This document shows positions 14,332 to 28,637 of a DNA stretch of 64,000 nt, one piece after another (position 1 is the stretch's first letter; every line of letters begins with the position of its first letter). The position numbers and the translations under genes are program-made. The notes under the pieces were generated by a model, which was given only the letters and a program-made list of their open reading frames with translations, did no database searches and was not told the DNA's origin. The stretch comes from the human T2T-CHM13v2.0 reference genome, Homo sapiens, in the NCBI RefSeq assembly GCF_009914755.1, contig NC_060948.1. One strand, 5' to 3'.

Positions 14332-17300
14332 GTCTCGAATTGAATGGAATCGTATGGAATGGCATCAAACGGAATGGAATGGACAGCCACGGAATGGAAT
14401 GCACTCGAATGCAATGGAGTCGAAACTAATGGACTGGAATAGAATGGACTCGACTGGTACGGACTCCAATGGAATGGAATCGAATGGAAGGGAATCGAAC
14501 GGAATGGAATCGAACGGAATGGACTCGAAGGGAAAAGACTGCAATGGAAAGGTCTCGAATGGAATGGAAATTAATGGAATGGAATGGAATCGAATGAAAT
14601 GGAGTCAAAAGGAATGGAATCGAATGGCAAGAAATCGAATGTAATGGAATCGCCAGGAATTGATGTGAACGGAACGGAATGGAATGGAATCCAAAGGAAT
14701 GGAATAGAATGGAATGGAATCGAATGGAAAGGACTCGAATGGAAATCACTCGAATAGAATGCAATTTAATAAAATAGGATCAAATGTAATGGAATGGAAT
14801 GGAAAGGAATCGAAACGAAAGGAATGGAGACAGATGGAATGGAATGCAACAGAGAGCAATGGTATAGAATGGAATGGAATCATCTGGAATGGAATTGAAT
14901 GGAATGGAATAATATGAAATGGAATGGAATGGAATGGAATGGAATGCCCTTGAATTAAATGGACTGGAATGGAATGGACTCAAACAGAGTGGAATGGAAA
15001 GTGTGGAGATAGAATGGAATGAACTCCTTTGGAATGGTGTAGTATGCAATGCAATCGACTGGCAGGGAATCAAAAGGAATGTAATCGAATGGATTGGACT
15101 GGAATGCAATGGACTCGAATAGATTGGAAACGGAATGCAAAGGAATGGAATGGAATAGTATGGAATGCAATGGAAGGGAATGGAGTGGAATAGACTAGAG
15201 TGGAATGGAATGGACTGGAAAGCAATGGACTGGAATGGAACTTTCTTGGATGGACTGGAATCAAACGGAATGGAATGCAGTGCAATCAAATGGCATGGAA
15301 TAAAATAGAATGAAAGAGAATCAAATGGAATTGAATCGAATGGAATCGAATGGATTGGAAAGGAATAGAATGGAATGGAATGGAATTGACTCAAATGGAA
15401 TGGACTAGAATGGAATGGATTCGAATGGAAGGCAAAGGAATGGAATCTATTGGAATGGACTGTAATGGAATGGAATGGAAGGGATTGGAATGGACTCGAA
15501 TGGAATGGACTGCAATAGAAAGGATTCGAATGGAATGAAAAAGAATTGAATGGAATAGAACAGAATGGAATCAAATCGAATGAAATGGAATGGAATAGAA
15601 AGGAATGGAATGAAATGGAATGGAAAGGATTCGAATGGAATGCAATCGAATGGAATGGAATCGAACGGAATGGAATAAAATGGAAGAAAACTGGCAAGAA
15701 ATGGAATCGAAATGAATGGAGTGTTATGGAACGGACTCAAAAGGAATTGAATGTAATAGAATGGAGTGGAGTGGACTCGAATATAATGGACTGGAATGGA
15801 ATGAAATCACATGGAATGGGAACGAATGGAATGGAATGGAAAGGAATGGAATCGAATGGAAAGGAATCGAATGGAAGGGAATGAAATTGAATCAACACGA
15901 ATGGAAGGGAATAGAATAGACGGTAATGGAATGGACTCGAATAGAATGGACACGAATGCTCAAATTAAATGGACTCGAATGGAATGGAAACGAAAGGAAT
16001 GTCACCGAATGGAATTGTATCGATTGGAATGAAATCGCATAGAATGGAGTGGAATCAAATGGAATTGAATCGAAAGGAAAGGAAGCGAATGGACTGAAAT
16101 GAAATGGAATGGAATTGAATGGAAAGTAATGCAATGGAATAGAATGGAACGAAATTTCACGGAATGGAATCAAACTGAATGGAATCAAATCAATGGAATC
16201 AAATCAAATGGAATGGAAAGGAATTGAATGGAGTAGATGGGATTGGATGGGATTGGAATGAAATGTACTGGAAAGGACTCGAATTTCATGAAACGGAATG
16301 GAATGAATTGGAACGGAATGGACTCGAATGGAATGGAATGTCATGGGATGGCATCAAATGGAATGGCATCAAATGGAATGGAATCGAATGCAATGGAATG
16401 CTATGGAATGGAATGGAATGCATTGGAATGGAATGTCCTCTAATGGAATGGATTCGAGTGGAATGGAATTGAATATAATGGAGTCGAATGAAATGGAATT
16501 GAAAGGAATGGGATCGAATACAATGGAATATACAGGAATGTAACGTAATGAACTCGAATGTAATTGACTGGAATGGAATGTACATGAATGGAATGTAATC
16601 GAAAGGAAAGTAATCCAATGGAATAGAATCTAATGCAATAAAATCGACTCAGATAGAGTAGAATGTAATGGAATGGAGTGCAGTGCAATGGAATGGAATG
16701 GAATGGAATGCAATGGAATGGAATGGAATGGAATGGAATGGAATGGAATGGAATGGAATGGGATGGAATGGTATGGAATGGATAGTAATGGACTGGAGCG
16801 AAATGGACTGGAAAGGAATGGACTCAAATTGAAAGGGCTCGAAAGGAATGGAGTCAAATGGAATGGTCTGGAATGGAATGAAGACGAATGTAATGCAACC
16901 CAATAGAATGGAATCGAATGGCATGGAATATAAAGAAATGGAATCGAAGAGAATGGAAACAAATGGAATGGAATTGAATGGAATGGAATTGAATGGAATG
17001 GGAACGAATGGAGTGAAATTGTATGCAGTAGAAGAGAATAGAATGGAATGCAAGCGAAAGGAAAGGAATGGATTGGAATGGAATGGAATTCATTGGAATG
17101 GAAGTGAATGTAGTGTAATGGACAGGCCTGGAATAAAGTGGAATGCTACGGTCTCGAATGGAATAAAAATGTATGGAATGGAATGCAATGAAACGGAATC
17201 GAATGTCATAGAATGTAATGGAATGCAAAAAAATGGAATCCAAAATCATTGACTGGAAAGGCTGGGTGTCGAAAGGAATTGACTCCAATGGAATGGAATC

Positions 17301-17915
17301 GAATGGAATGGAAGTGAATAGAATCGAACTAAATCGAATGGAATGGAATTGATAGGAACGGAATGGAAAGGAATGCAATGATTTGGCATGGAATGGAATC
17401 GAATGGCATCGAATGGAATGGAATGGAATGCAATGGAATGGAATGTATTAGAATGTAATGAACTTTAATGGAATGTACTCGAATGGATTCGACTGGAATG
17501 GAATGTTCTGGAAGTGAATGGACTCCAATGGAATGGATTCAAAAGGAATGGAATCGTACGGAATGGAATCTAATGGAATGGAATTAAATGGAAATGAATC
17601 AAATTGAATAGCACGGAATTGAATTGAATGGAATGGAATGCAATGGAATCTAATGAAACGGAAAGGAAAGGAATGGAATGGAATGGAATGGGCTGGAATG
17701 GAAAGGAATCGAAACGAATGGAATGGAATCGAAGTGAAGAGACTGGAATGGAATGCACTGGAATGGAAGGGAGTGTAACGGAAGGTTCTCGAAAAAAATG
17801 GAATCGAATGGAATGGAATTGAATGGAACGGAATAGAGTCGAATGGAATTGAATGGAATGGAATGGACTAGAGTGAAATGGAATCGAACCACAAGGAATG
17901 GACAGGAATAGAATG
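14332..17915 (+). repeat. DYZ1 unit 5 (3584 bp, A-type)
   Basis: Landmark recurrence. Confidence 0.93.
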
Positions 17916-20900
17916 GTCTCGAATTGAATGGAATCGTATGGAATGGCATCAAACGGAATGGAATGGACAGCCACGGAATGGAATGCACTCGAATGCAATG
18001 GAGTCGAAACTAATGGACTGGAATAGAATGGACTCGACTGGTACGGACTCCAATGGAATGGAATCGAATGGAAGGGAATCGAACGGAATGGAATCGAACG
18101 GAATGGACTCGAAGGGAAAAGACTGCAATGGAAAGGTCTCGAATGGAATGGAAATTAATGGAATGGAATGGAATCGAATGAAATGGAGTCAAAAGGAATG
18201 GAATCGAATGGCAAGAAATCGAATGTAATGGAATCGCCAGGAATTGATGTGAACGGAACGGAATGGAATGGAATCCAAAGGAATGGAATAGAATGGAATG
18301 GAATCGAATGGAAAGGACTCGAATGGAAATCACTCGAATAGAATGCAATTTAATAAAATAGGATCAAATGTAATGGAATGGAATGGAAAGGAATCGAAAC
18401 GAAAGGAATGGAGACAGATGGAATGGAATGGAACAGAGAGCAATGGTATAGAATGGAATGGAATCATCTGGAATGGAATTGAATGGAATGGAATAATATG
18501 AAATGGAATGGAATGGAATGGAATGGAATGCCCTTGAATTAAATGGACTGGAATGGAATGGACTCAAACAGAGTGGAATGGAAAGTGTGGAGACAGAATG
18601 GAATGAACTCCTTTGGAATGGTGTAGTATGCAATGCAATCGACTGGCAGGGAATCAAAAGGAATGTAATCGAATGGATTGGACTGGAATGCAATGGACTC
18701 GAATAGATTGGAAACGGAATGCAAAGGAATGGAATGGAATAGTATGGAATGCAATGGAAGGGAATGGAGTGGAATAGACTAGAGTGGAATGGAATGGACT
18801 GGAAAGCAATGGACTGGAATGGAACTTTCTTGGATGGACTGGAATCAAACGGAATGGAATGCAGTGCAATCAAATGGCATGGAATAAAATAGAATGAAAG
18901 AGAATCAAATGGAATTGAATCGAATGGAATCGAATGGATTGGAAAGGAATAGAATGGAATGGAATGGAATGGACTCAAATGGAATGTACTAGAATGGAAT
19001 GGATTCGAATGGAAGGCAAAGGAATGGAATCTATTGGAATGGACTGTAATGGAATGGAATGGAAGGGATTGGAATGGACTCGAATGGAATGGACTGCAAT
19101 AGAAAGGATTCGAATGGAATGAAAAAGAATTGAATGGAATAGAACAGAATGGAATCAAATCGAATGAAATGGAATGGAATAGAAAGGAATGGAATGAAAT
19201 GGAATGGAAAGGATTCGAATGGAATGCAATCGAATGGAATGGAATCGAACGGAATGGAATAAAATGGAAGAAAACTGGCAAGAAATGGAATCGAAATGAA
19301 TGGAGTGTTATGGAACGGACTCAAAAGGAATTGAATGTAATAGAATGGAGTGGAGTGGACTCGAATATAATGGACTGGAATGGAATGAAATCACATGGAA
19401 TGGGAACGAATGGAATGGAATGGAAAGGAATGGAATCGAATGGAAAGGAATCGAATGGAAGGGAATGAAATTGAATCAACACGAATGGAAGGGAATAGAA
19501 TAGACTGTAATGGAATGGACTCGAATAGAATGGACACGAATGCTCAAATTAAATGGACTCGAATGGAATGGAAACGAAAGGAATGTCATCGAATGGAATT
19601 GAATCGATGGGAATGAAATCGCATAGAATGGAGTGGAATCAAATGGAATTGAATCGAAAGGAAAGGAAGCGAATGGACTGAAATGAAATGGAATGGAATT
19701 GAATGGAAAGTAATGCAATGGAATAGAATGGAACGAAATTTCACGGAATGGAATCAAACTGAATGGAATCAAATCAATGGAATCAAATCAAATGGAATGG
19801 AAAGGAATTGAATGGAGTAGATGGGATTGGATGGGATTGGAATGAAATGTACTGGAAAGGACTCGAATTTCATGAAACGGAATGGAATGAATTGGAACGG
19901 AATGGACTCGAATGGAAAGGAATGTCACGGGATGGCATCAAATGGAATGACATCAAATGGAATGGAATCGAATGCTTGGAATGCTATGGAATGGAATGGA
20001 ATGCATTGGAATGGAATGTCCGCTAATGGAATGGATTCGAGTGGAATGGAATTGAATATAATGGAGTCGAATGAAATATAATTGAAAGGAATGGGATCGA
20101 ATACAATGGAATATACTGGAATGTAACGTAATGAACTCGAATGTAATTGACTGGAATGGAATGTACATGAATGGAATGTAATCGAATGGAAAGTAATCCA
20201 ATGGAATAGAATCTAATGCAATAAAATCGACTCAGATAGAGTAGAATGTAATGGAATGGAGTGCAGTGCAATGGAATGGAATGGAATGGAATGCAATGGA
20301 ATGGAATGGAATGGAATGGAATGGAATGGAATGGAATGGAATGGGATGGAATGGTATGGAATGGATAGTAATGGACTGGAGTGAAATGGACTGGAAAGGA
20401 ATGGACTCAAATTGAAAGGGCTCGAAAGGAATGGAGTCAAATGGAATGGTCTGGAATGGAATGAACACGAATGTAATGCAACCCAATAGAATGGAATCGA
20501 ATGGCATGGAATATAAAGAAATGGAATCGAAGAGAATGGAAACAAATGGAATGGAATTGAATGGAATGGAATTGAATGGAATGGGAACGAATGGAGTGAA
20601 ATTGTATGCAGTAGAAGAGAATAGAATGGAATGCAAGCGAAAGGAAAGGAATGGATTGGAATGGAATGGAATTCATTGGAATGGAAGGGAATGTAGTGTA
20701 ATGGACAGGCCTGGAATAAAGTGGAATGCTACGGTCTCGAATGGAATAAAAATGTATGGAATGGAATGCAATGAAACGGAATCGAATGTCATAGAATGTA
20801 ATGGAATGCAAAAAAAATGGAATCCAAAATCACTGACTGGAAAGGCTGGGTGTCGAAAGGAATTGACTCCAATGGAATGGAATCGAATGGAATGGAAGTG

Positions 20901-21499
20901 AATAGAATCGAACTAAATCGAATGGAATGGAATTGATAGGAACGGAATGGAAAGGAATGCAATGATTTGGCATGGAATGGAATCGAATGGCATCGAATGG
21001 AATGGAATGGAATGCAATGGAATGGAATGTATTAGAATGTAATGAACTTTAATGGAATGTACTCGAATGGATTCGACTGGAATGGAATGTTCTGGAAGTG
21101 AATGGACTCCAATGGAATGGATTCAAAAGGAATGGAATCGTACGGAATGGAATCTAATGGAATGGAATTAAATGGAAATGAATCAAATTGAATACCACGG
21201 AATTGAATTGAATGGAATGGAATGCAATGGAATCTAATGAAACGGAAAGGAAAGGAATGGAATGGAATGGAATGGGCTGGAATGGAAAGGAATCGAAACG
21301 AATGGAATGGAATCGAAGTGAAGAGACTGGAATGGAATGCACTGGAATGGAAGGGAGTGTAATGGAAGGTTCTCGAAAAAAATGGAATCGAATGGAATGG
21401 AATTGAATGGAACGGAATAGAGTCGAATGGAATTGAATGGAATGGAATGGACTAGAGTGAAATGGAATCGAACCACAAGGAATGGAGAGGAATAGAATG
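17916..21499 (+). repeat. DYZ1 unit 6 (3584 bp, A-type; carries -1 and +1 indels)
   Basis: Landmark recurrence. Confidence 0.93.
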
Positions 21500-24400
21500 G
21501 TCTCGAATTGAATGGAATCGTATGGAATGGCATCAAACGGAATGGAATGGACAGCCACGGAATGGAATGCACTCGAATGCAATGGAGTCGAAACTAATGG
21601 ACTGGAATAGAATGGACTCGACTGGTACGGACTCCAATGGAATGGAATCGAATGGAAGGGAATCGAACGGAATGGAATCGAACGGAATGGACTCGAAGGG
21701 AAAAGACTGCAATGGAAAGGTCTCGAATGGAATGGAAATTAATGGAATGGAATGGAATCGAATGAAATGGAGTCAAAAGGAATGGAATCGAATGGCAAGA
21801 AATCGAATGTAATGGAATCGCCAGGAATTGATGTGAACGGAACGGAATGGAATGGAATCCAAAGGAATGGAATAGAATGGAATGGAATCGAATGGAAAGG
21901 ACTCGAATGGAAATCACTCGAATAGAATGCAATTTAATAAAATAGGATCAAATGTAATGGAATGGAATGGAAAGGAATCGAAACGAAAGGAATGGAGACA
22001 GATGGAATGGAATGGAACAGAGAGCAATGGTATAGAATGGAATGGAATCATCTGGAATGGAATTGAATGGAATGGAATAATATGAAATGGAATGGAATGG
22101 AATGGAATGGAATGCCCTTGAATTAAATGGACTGGAATGGAATGGACTCAAACAGAGTGGAATGGAAAGTGTGGAGATAGAATGGAATGAACTCCTTTGG
22201 AATGGTGTAGTATGCAATGCAATCGACTGGCAGGGAATCAAAAGGAATGTAATCGAATGGATTGGACTGGAATGCAATGGACTCGAATAGATTGGAAACG
22301 GAATGCAAAGGAATGGAATGGAATAGTATGGAATGCAATGGAAGGGAATGGAGTGGAATAGACTAGAGTGGAATGGAATGGACTGGAAAGCAATGGACTG
22401 GAATGGAACTTTCTTGGATGGACTGGAATCAAACGGAATGGAATGCAGTGCAATCAAATGGCATGGAATAAAATAGAATGAAAGAGAATCAAATGGAATT
22501 GAATCGAATGGAATCGAATGGATTGGAAAGGAATAGAATGGAATGGAATGGAATGGACTCAAATGGAATGGACTAGAATGGAATGGATTCGAATGGAAGG
22601 CAAAGGAATGGAATCTATTGGAATGGACTGTAATGGAATGGAATGGAAGGGATTGGAATGGACTCGAATGGAATGGACTGCAATAGAAAGGATTCGAATG
22701 GAATGAAAAAGAATTGAATGGAATAGAACAGAACGGAATCAAATCGAATGAAATGGAATGGAATAGAAAGGAATGGAATGAAATGGAATGGAAAGGATTC
22801 GAATGGAATGCAATCGAATGGAATGGAATCGAACGGAATGGAATAAAATGGAAGAAAACTGGCAAGAAATGGAATCGAAATGAATGGAGTGTTATGGAAC
22901 GGACTCAAAAGGAATTGAATGTAATAGAATGGAGTGGAGTGGACTCGAATATAATGGACTGGAATGGAATGAAATCACATGGAATGGGAACGAATGGAAT
23001 GGAATGGAAAGGAATGGAATCGAATGGAAAGGAATCGAATGGAAGGGAATGAAATTGAATCAACACGAATGGAAGGGAATAGAATAGACTGTAATGGAAT
23101 GGACTCGAATAGAATGGACACGAATGCTCAAATTAAATGGACTCGAATGGAATGGAAACGAAAGGAATGTCATCGAATGGAATTGAATCGATTGGAATGA
23201 AATCGCATAGAATGGAGAGGAATCAAATGGAATTGAATCGAAAGGAAAGGAAGCGAATGGACTGAAATGAAATGGAATGGAATTGAATGGAAAGTAATGC
23301 AATGGAATAGAATGGAACGAAATTTCACGGAATGGAATCAAACTGAATGGAATCAAATCAATGGAATCAAATCAAATGGAATGGAAAGGAATTGAATGGA
23401 GTAGATGGGATTGGATGGGATTGGAATGAAATGTACTGGAAAGGACTCGAATTTCATGAAACGGAATGGAATGAATTGGAACGGAATGGACTCGAATGGA
23501 ATGGAATGTCATGGGATGGCATCAAATGGAATGACATCAAATGGAATGGAATCGAATGCAATGGAATGCTATGGAATGGAATGGAATGCATTGGAATGGA
23601 ATGTCCGCTAATGGAATGGATTCGAGTGGAATGGAATTGAATATAATGGAGTCGAATGAAATGGAATTGAAAGGAATGGGATCGAATACAATGGAATATA
23701 CTGGAATGTAACGTAATGAACTCGAATGTAATTGACTGGAATGGAATGTACATGAATGGAATGTAATCGAATGGAAAGTAATCCAATGGAATAGAATCTA
23801 ATGCAATAAAATCGACTCAGATAGAGTAGAATGTAATGGAATGGAGTGCAGTGCAATGGAATGGAATGGAATGGAATGCAATGGAATGGAATGGAATGGA
23901 ATGGAATGGAATGGAATGGAATGGAATGGGATGGAATGGTATGGAATGGATAGTAATGGACTGGAGTGAAATGGACTGGAAAGGAATGGACTCAAATTGA
24001 AAGGGCTCGAAAGGAATGGAGTCAAATGGAATGGTCTGGAATGGAATGAACACGAATGTAATGCAACCCAATAGAATGGAATCGAATGGCATGGAATATA
24101 AAGAAATGGAATCGAAGAGAATGGAAACAAATGGAATGGAATTGAATGGAATGGAATTGAATGGAATGGGAACGAATGGAGTGAAATTGTATGCAGTAGA
24201 AGAGAATAGAATGGAATGCAAGCGAAAGGAAAGGAATGGATTGGAATGGAATGGAATTCATTGGAATGGAAGGGAATGTAGTGTAATGGACAGGCCTGGA
24301 ATAAAGTGGAATGCTACGGTCTCGAATGGAATAAAAATGTATGGAATGGAATGCAATGAAACGGAATCGAATGTCATAGAATGTAATGGAATGCAAAAAA

Positions 24401-25083
24401 ATGGAATCCAAAATCATTGACTGGAAAGGCTGGGTGTCGAAAGGAATTGACTCCAATGGAATGGAATCGAATGGAATGGAAGTGAATAGAATCGAACTAA
24501 ATCGAATGGAATGGAATTGATAGGAACGGAATGGAAAGGAATGCAATGATTTGGCATGGAATGGAATCGAATGGCATCGAATGGAATGGAATGGAATGCA
24601 ATGGAATGGAATGTATTAGAATGTAATGAACTTTAATGGAATGTACTCGAATGGATTCGACTGGAATGGAATGTTCTGGAAGTGAATGGACTCCAATGGA
24701 ATGGATTCAAAAGGAATGGAATCGTACGGAATGGAATCTAATGGAATGGAATTAAATGGAAATGAATCAAATTGAATAGCACGGAATTGAATTGAATGGA
24801 ATGGAATGCAATGGAATCTAATGAAACGGAAAGGAAAGGAATGGAATGGAATGGAATGGGCTGGAATGGAAAGGAATCGAAACGAATGGAATGGAATCGA
24901 ACTGAAGAGACTGGAATGGAATGCACTGGAATGGAAGGGAGTGTAATGGAAGGTTCTCGAAAAAAATGGAATCGAATGGAATGGAATTGAATGGAACGGA
25001 ATAGAGTCGAATGGAATTGAATGGAATGGAATGGACTAGAGTGAAATGGAATCGAACCACAAGGAATGGACAGGAATAGAATG
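21500..25083 (+). repeat. DYZ1 unit 7 (3584 bp, A-type)
   Basis: Landmark recurrence. Confidence 0.93.
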
Positions 25084-28000
25084 GTCTCGAATTGAATGGA
25101 ATCGTATGGAATGGCATCAAACGGAATGGAATGGACAGCCACGGAATGGAATGCACTCGAATGCAATGGAGTCGAAACTAATGGACTGGAATAGAATGGA
25201 CTCGACTGGTACGGACTCCAATGGAATGGAATCGAATGGAAGGGAATCGAACGGAATGGACTCGAAGGGAAAAGACTGCAATGGAAAGGTCTCGAATGGA
25301 ATGGAAATTAATGGAATGGAATGGAATCGAATGAAATGGAGTCAAAAGGAATGGAATCGAATGGCAAGAAATCGAATGTAATGGAATCGCAAGGAATTGA
25401 TGTGAACGGAACGGAATGGAATGGAATCCAAAGGAATGGAATAGAATGGAATGGAATCGAATGGAAAGGACTCGAATGGAAATCACTCGAATAGAATGCA
25501 ATTTAATAAAATAGGATCAAATGTAATGGAATGGAATGGAAAGGAATCGAAACGAAAGGAATGGAGACAGATGGAATGGAATGGAACAGAGAGCAATGGT
25601 ATAGAATGGAATGGAATCATCTGGAATGGAATTGAATGGAATGGAATAATATGAAATGGAATGGAATGGAATGGAATGGAATGCCCTTGAATTAAATGGA
25701 CTGGAATGGAATGGACTCAAACAGAGTGGAATGGAAAGTGTGGAGATAGAATGGAATGAACTCCTTTGGAATGGTGTAGTATGCAATGCAATCGACTGGC
25801 AGGGAATCAAAAGGAATGTAATCGAATGGATTGGACTGGAATGCAATGGACTCGAATAGATTGGAAACGGAATGCAAAGGAATGGAATGGAATAGTATGG
25901 AATGCAATGGAAGGGAATGGAGTGGAATAGACTAGAGTGGAATGGAATGGACTGGAAAGCAATGGACTGGAATGGAACTTTCTTGGATGGACTGGAATCA
26001 AACGGAATGGAATGCAATGCAATCAAATGGCATGGAATAAATTAGAATGAAAGAGAATCAAATGGAATTGAATCGAATGGAATCGAATGGATTGGAAAGG
26101 AATGGAATTGACTCAAATGGAATGGACTAGAATGGAATGGATTCGAATGGAAGGCAAAGGAATGGAATCTATTGGAATGGACTGTAATGGAATGGAATGG
26201 AAGGGATTGGAATGGACTCGAATGGAATGGACTGCAATAGAAAGGATTCGAATGGAATGAAAAAGAATTGAATGGAATAGAACAGAATGGAATCAAATCG
26301 AATGAAATGGAATGGAATAGAAAGGAATGGAATGAAATGGAATGGAAAGGATTCGAATGGAATGCAATCGAATGGAATGGAATCGAACGGAATGGAATAA
26401 AATGGAAGAAAACTGGCAAGAAATGGAATCGAAATGAATGGAGTGTTATGGAACGGACTCAAAAGGAATTGAATGTAATAGAATGGAGTGGAGTGGACTC
26501 GAATATAATGGACTGGAATGGAATGAAATCACATGGAATGGGAACGAATGGAATGGAATGGAAAGGAATGGAATCGAATGGAAAGGAATCGAATGGAAGG
26601 GAATGAAATTGGATCAACACGAATGGAAGGGAATAGAATAGACTGTAATGGAATGGACTCGAATAGAATGGACACGAATGCTCAAATTAAATGGACTCGA
26701 ATGGAATGGAAACGAAAGGAATGTCATCGAATGGAATTGAATCGATTGGAATGAAATCGCATAGAATGGAGTGGAATCAAATGGAATTGAATCGAAAGGA
26801 AAGGAAGCGAATGGACTGAAATGAAATGGAATGGAATTGAATGGAAAGTAATGCAATGGAATAGAATGGAACGAAATTTCACGGAATGGAATCAAACTGA
26901 ATGGAATCAAATCAATGGAATCAAATCAAATGGAATGGAAAGGAATTGAATGGAGTAGATGGGATTGGATGGGATTGGAATGAAATGTACTGGAAAGGAC
27001 TCGAATTTCATGAAACGGAATGGAATGAATTGGAACGGAATGGACTCGAATGGAATGGAATGTCATGGGATGGCATCAAATGGAATGGCATCAAATGGAA
27101 TGGAATCGAATGCAATGGAATGCTATGGAATGGAATGGAATGCATTGGAATGGAATGTCCTCTAATGGAATGGATTCGAGTGGAATGGAATTGAATATAA
27201 TGGAGTCGAATGAAATGGAACTGAAAGGAATGGGATCGAATACAATGGAATATACTGGAATGTAACGTGATGAACTCGAATGTAATTGACTGGAATGGAA
27301 TGCACATGAATGGAATGTAATCGAATGGAAAGTAATCCAATGGAATAGAATCTAATGAAATAAAATCGACTCAGATAGAGTAGAATGTAATGGAATGGAG
27401 TGCAGTGCAATGGAATGGAATGGAATGGAATGCAATGGAATGGAATGGAATGGAATGGAATGGAATGGAATGGAATGGAATGGGATGGAATGGTATGGAA
27501 TGGATAGTAATGGACTGGAGTGAAATGGACTGGAAAGGAATGGACTCAAATTGAAAGGTCTCGAAAGGAATGGAGTCAAATGGAATGGTCTGGAATGGAA
27601 TGAACACGAATGTAATGCAACCCAATAGAATGGAATCGAATGGCATGGAATATAAAGAAATGGAATCGAAGAGAATGGAAACAAATGGAATGGAATTGAA
27701 TGGAATGGAATTGAATGGAATGGGAACGAATGGAGTGAAATTGTATGCAGTAGAAGAGAATAGAATGGAATGCAAGCGAAAGGAAAGGAATGGATTGGAA
27801 TGGAATGGAATTCATTGGAATGGAAGCGAATGTAGTGTAATGGACAGGCCTGGAATAAAGTGGAATGCTACGGTCTCGAATGGAATAAAAATGTATGGAA
27901 TGGAATGCAATGAAACGGAATCGAATGTCATAGAATGTAATGGAATGCAAAAAAATGGAATCCAAAATCATTGACTGGAAAGGCTGGGTGTCGAAAGGAA

Positions 28001-28637
28001 TTGACTCCAATGGAATGGAATCGAATGGAATGGAAGTGAATAGAATCGAACTAAATCGAATGGAATGGAATTGATAGGAACGGAATGGAAAGGAATGCAA
28101 TGATTTGGCATGGAATGGAATCGAATGGCATCGAATGGAATGGAATGGAATGCAATGGAATGGAATGTATTAGAATGTAATGAACTTTAATGGAATGTAC
28201 TCGAATGGATTCGACTGGAATGGAATGTTCTGGAAGTGAATGGACTCCAATGGAATGGATTCAAAAGGAATGGAATCGTACGGAATGGAATCTAATGGAA
28301 TGGAATTAAATGGAAATGAATCAAATTGAATAGCACGGAATTGAATTGAATGGAATGGAATGCAATGGAATCTAATGAAACGGAAAGGAAAGGAATGGAA
28401 TGGAATGGAATGGGCTGGAATGGAAAGGAATCGAAACGAATGGAATGGAATCGAACTGAAGAGACTGGAATGGAATGCACTGGAATGGAAGGGAGTGTAA
28501 TGGAAGGTTCTCGAAAAAAATGGAATCGAATGGAATGGAATTGAATGGAACGGAATAGAGTCGAATGGAATTGAATGGAATGGAATGGACTAGAGTGAAA
28601 TGGAATCGAACCACAAGGAATGGACAGGAATAGAATG
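25084..28637 (+). repeat. DYZ1 unit 8 (3554 bp; two 15-bp deletions)
   Basis: Landmark recurrence; deletions near 25255 and 26101. Confidence 0.93.
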
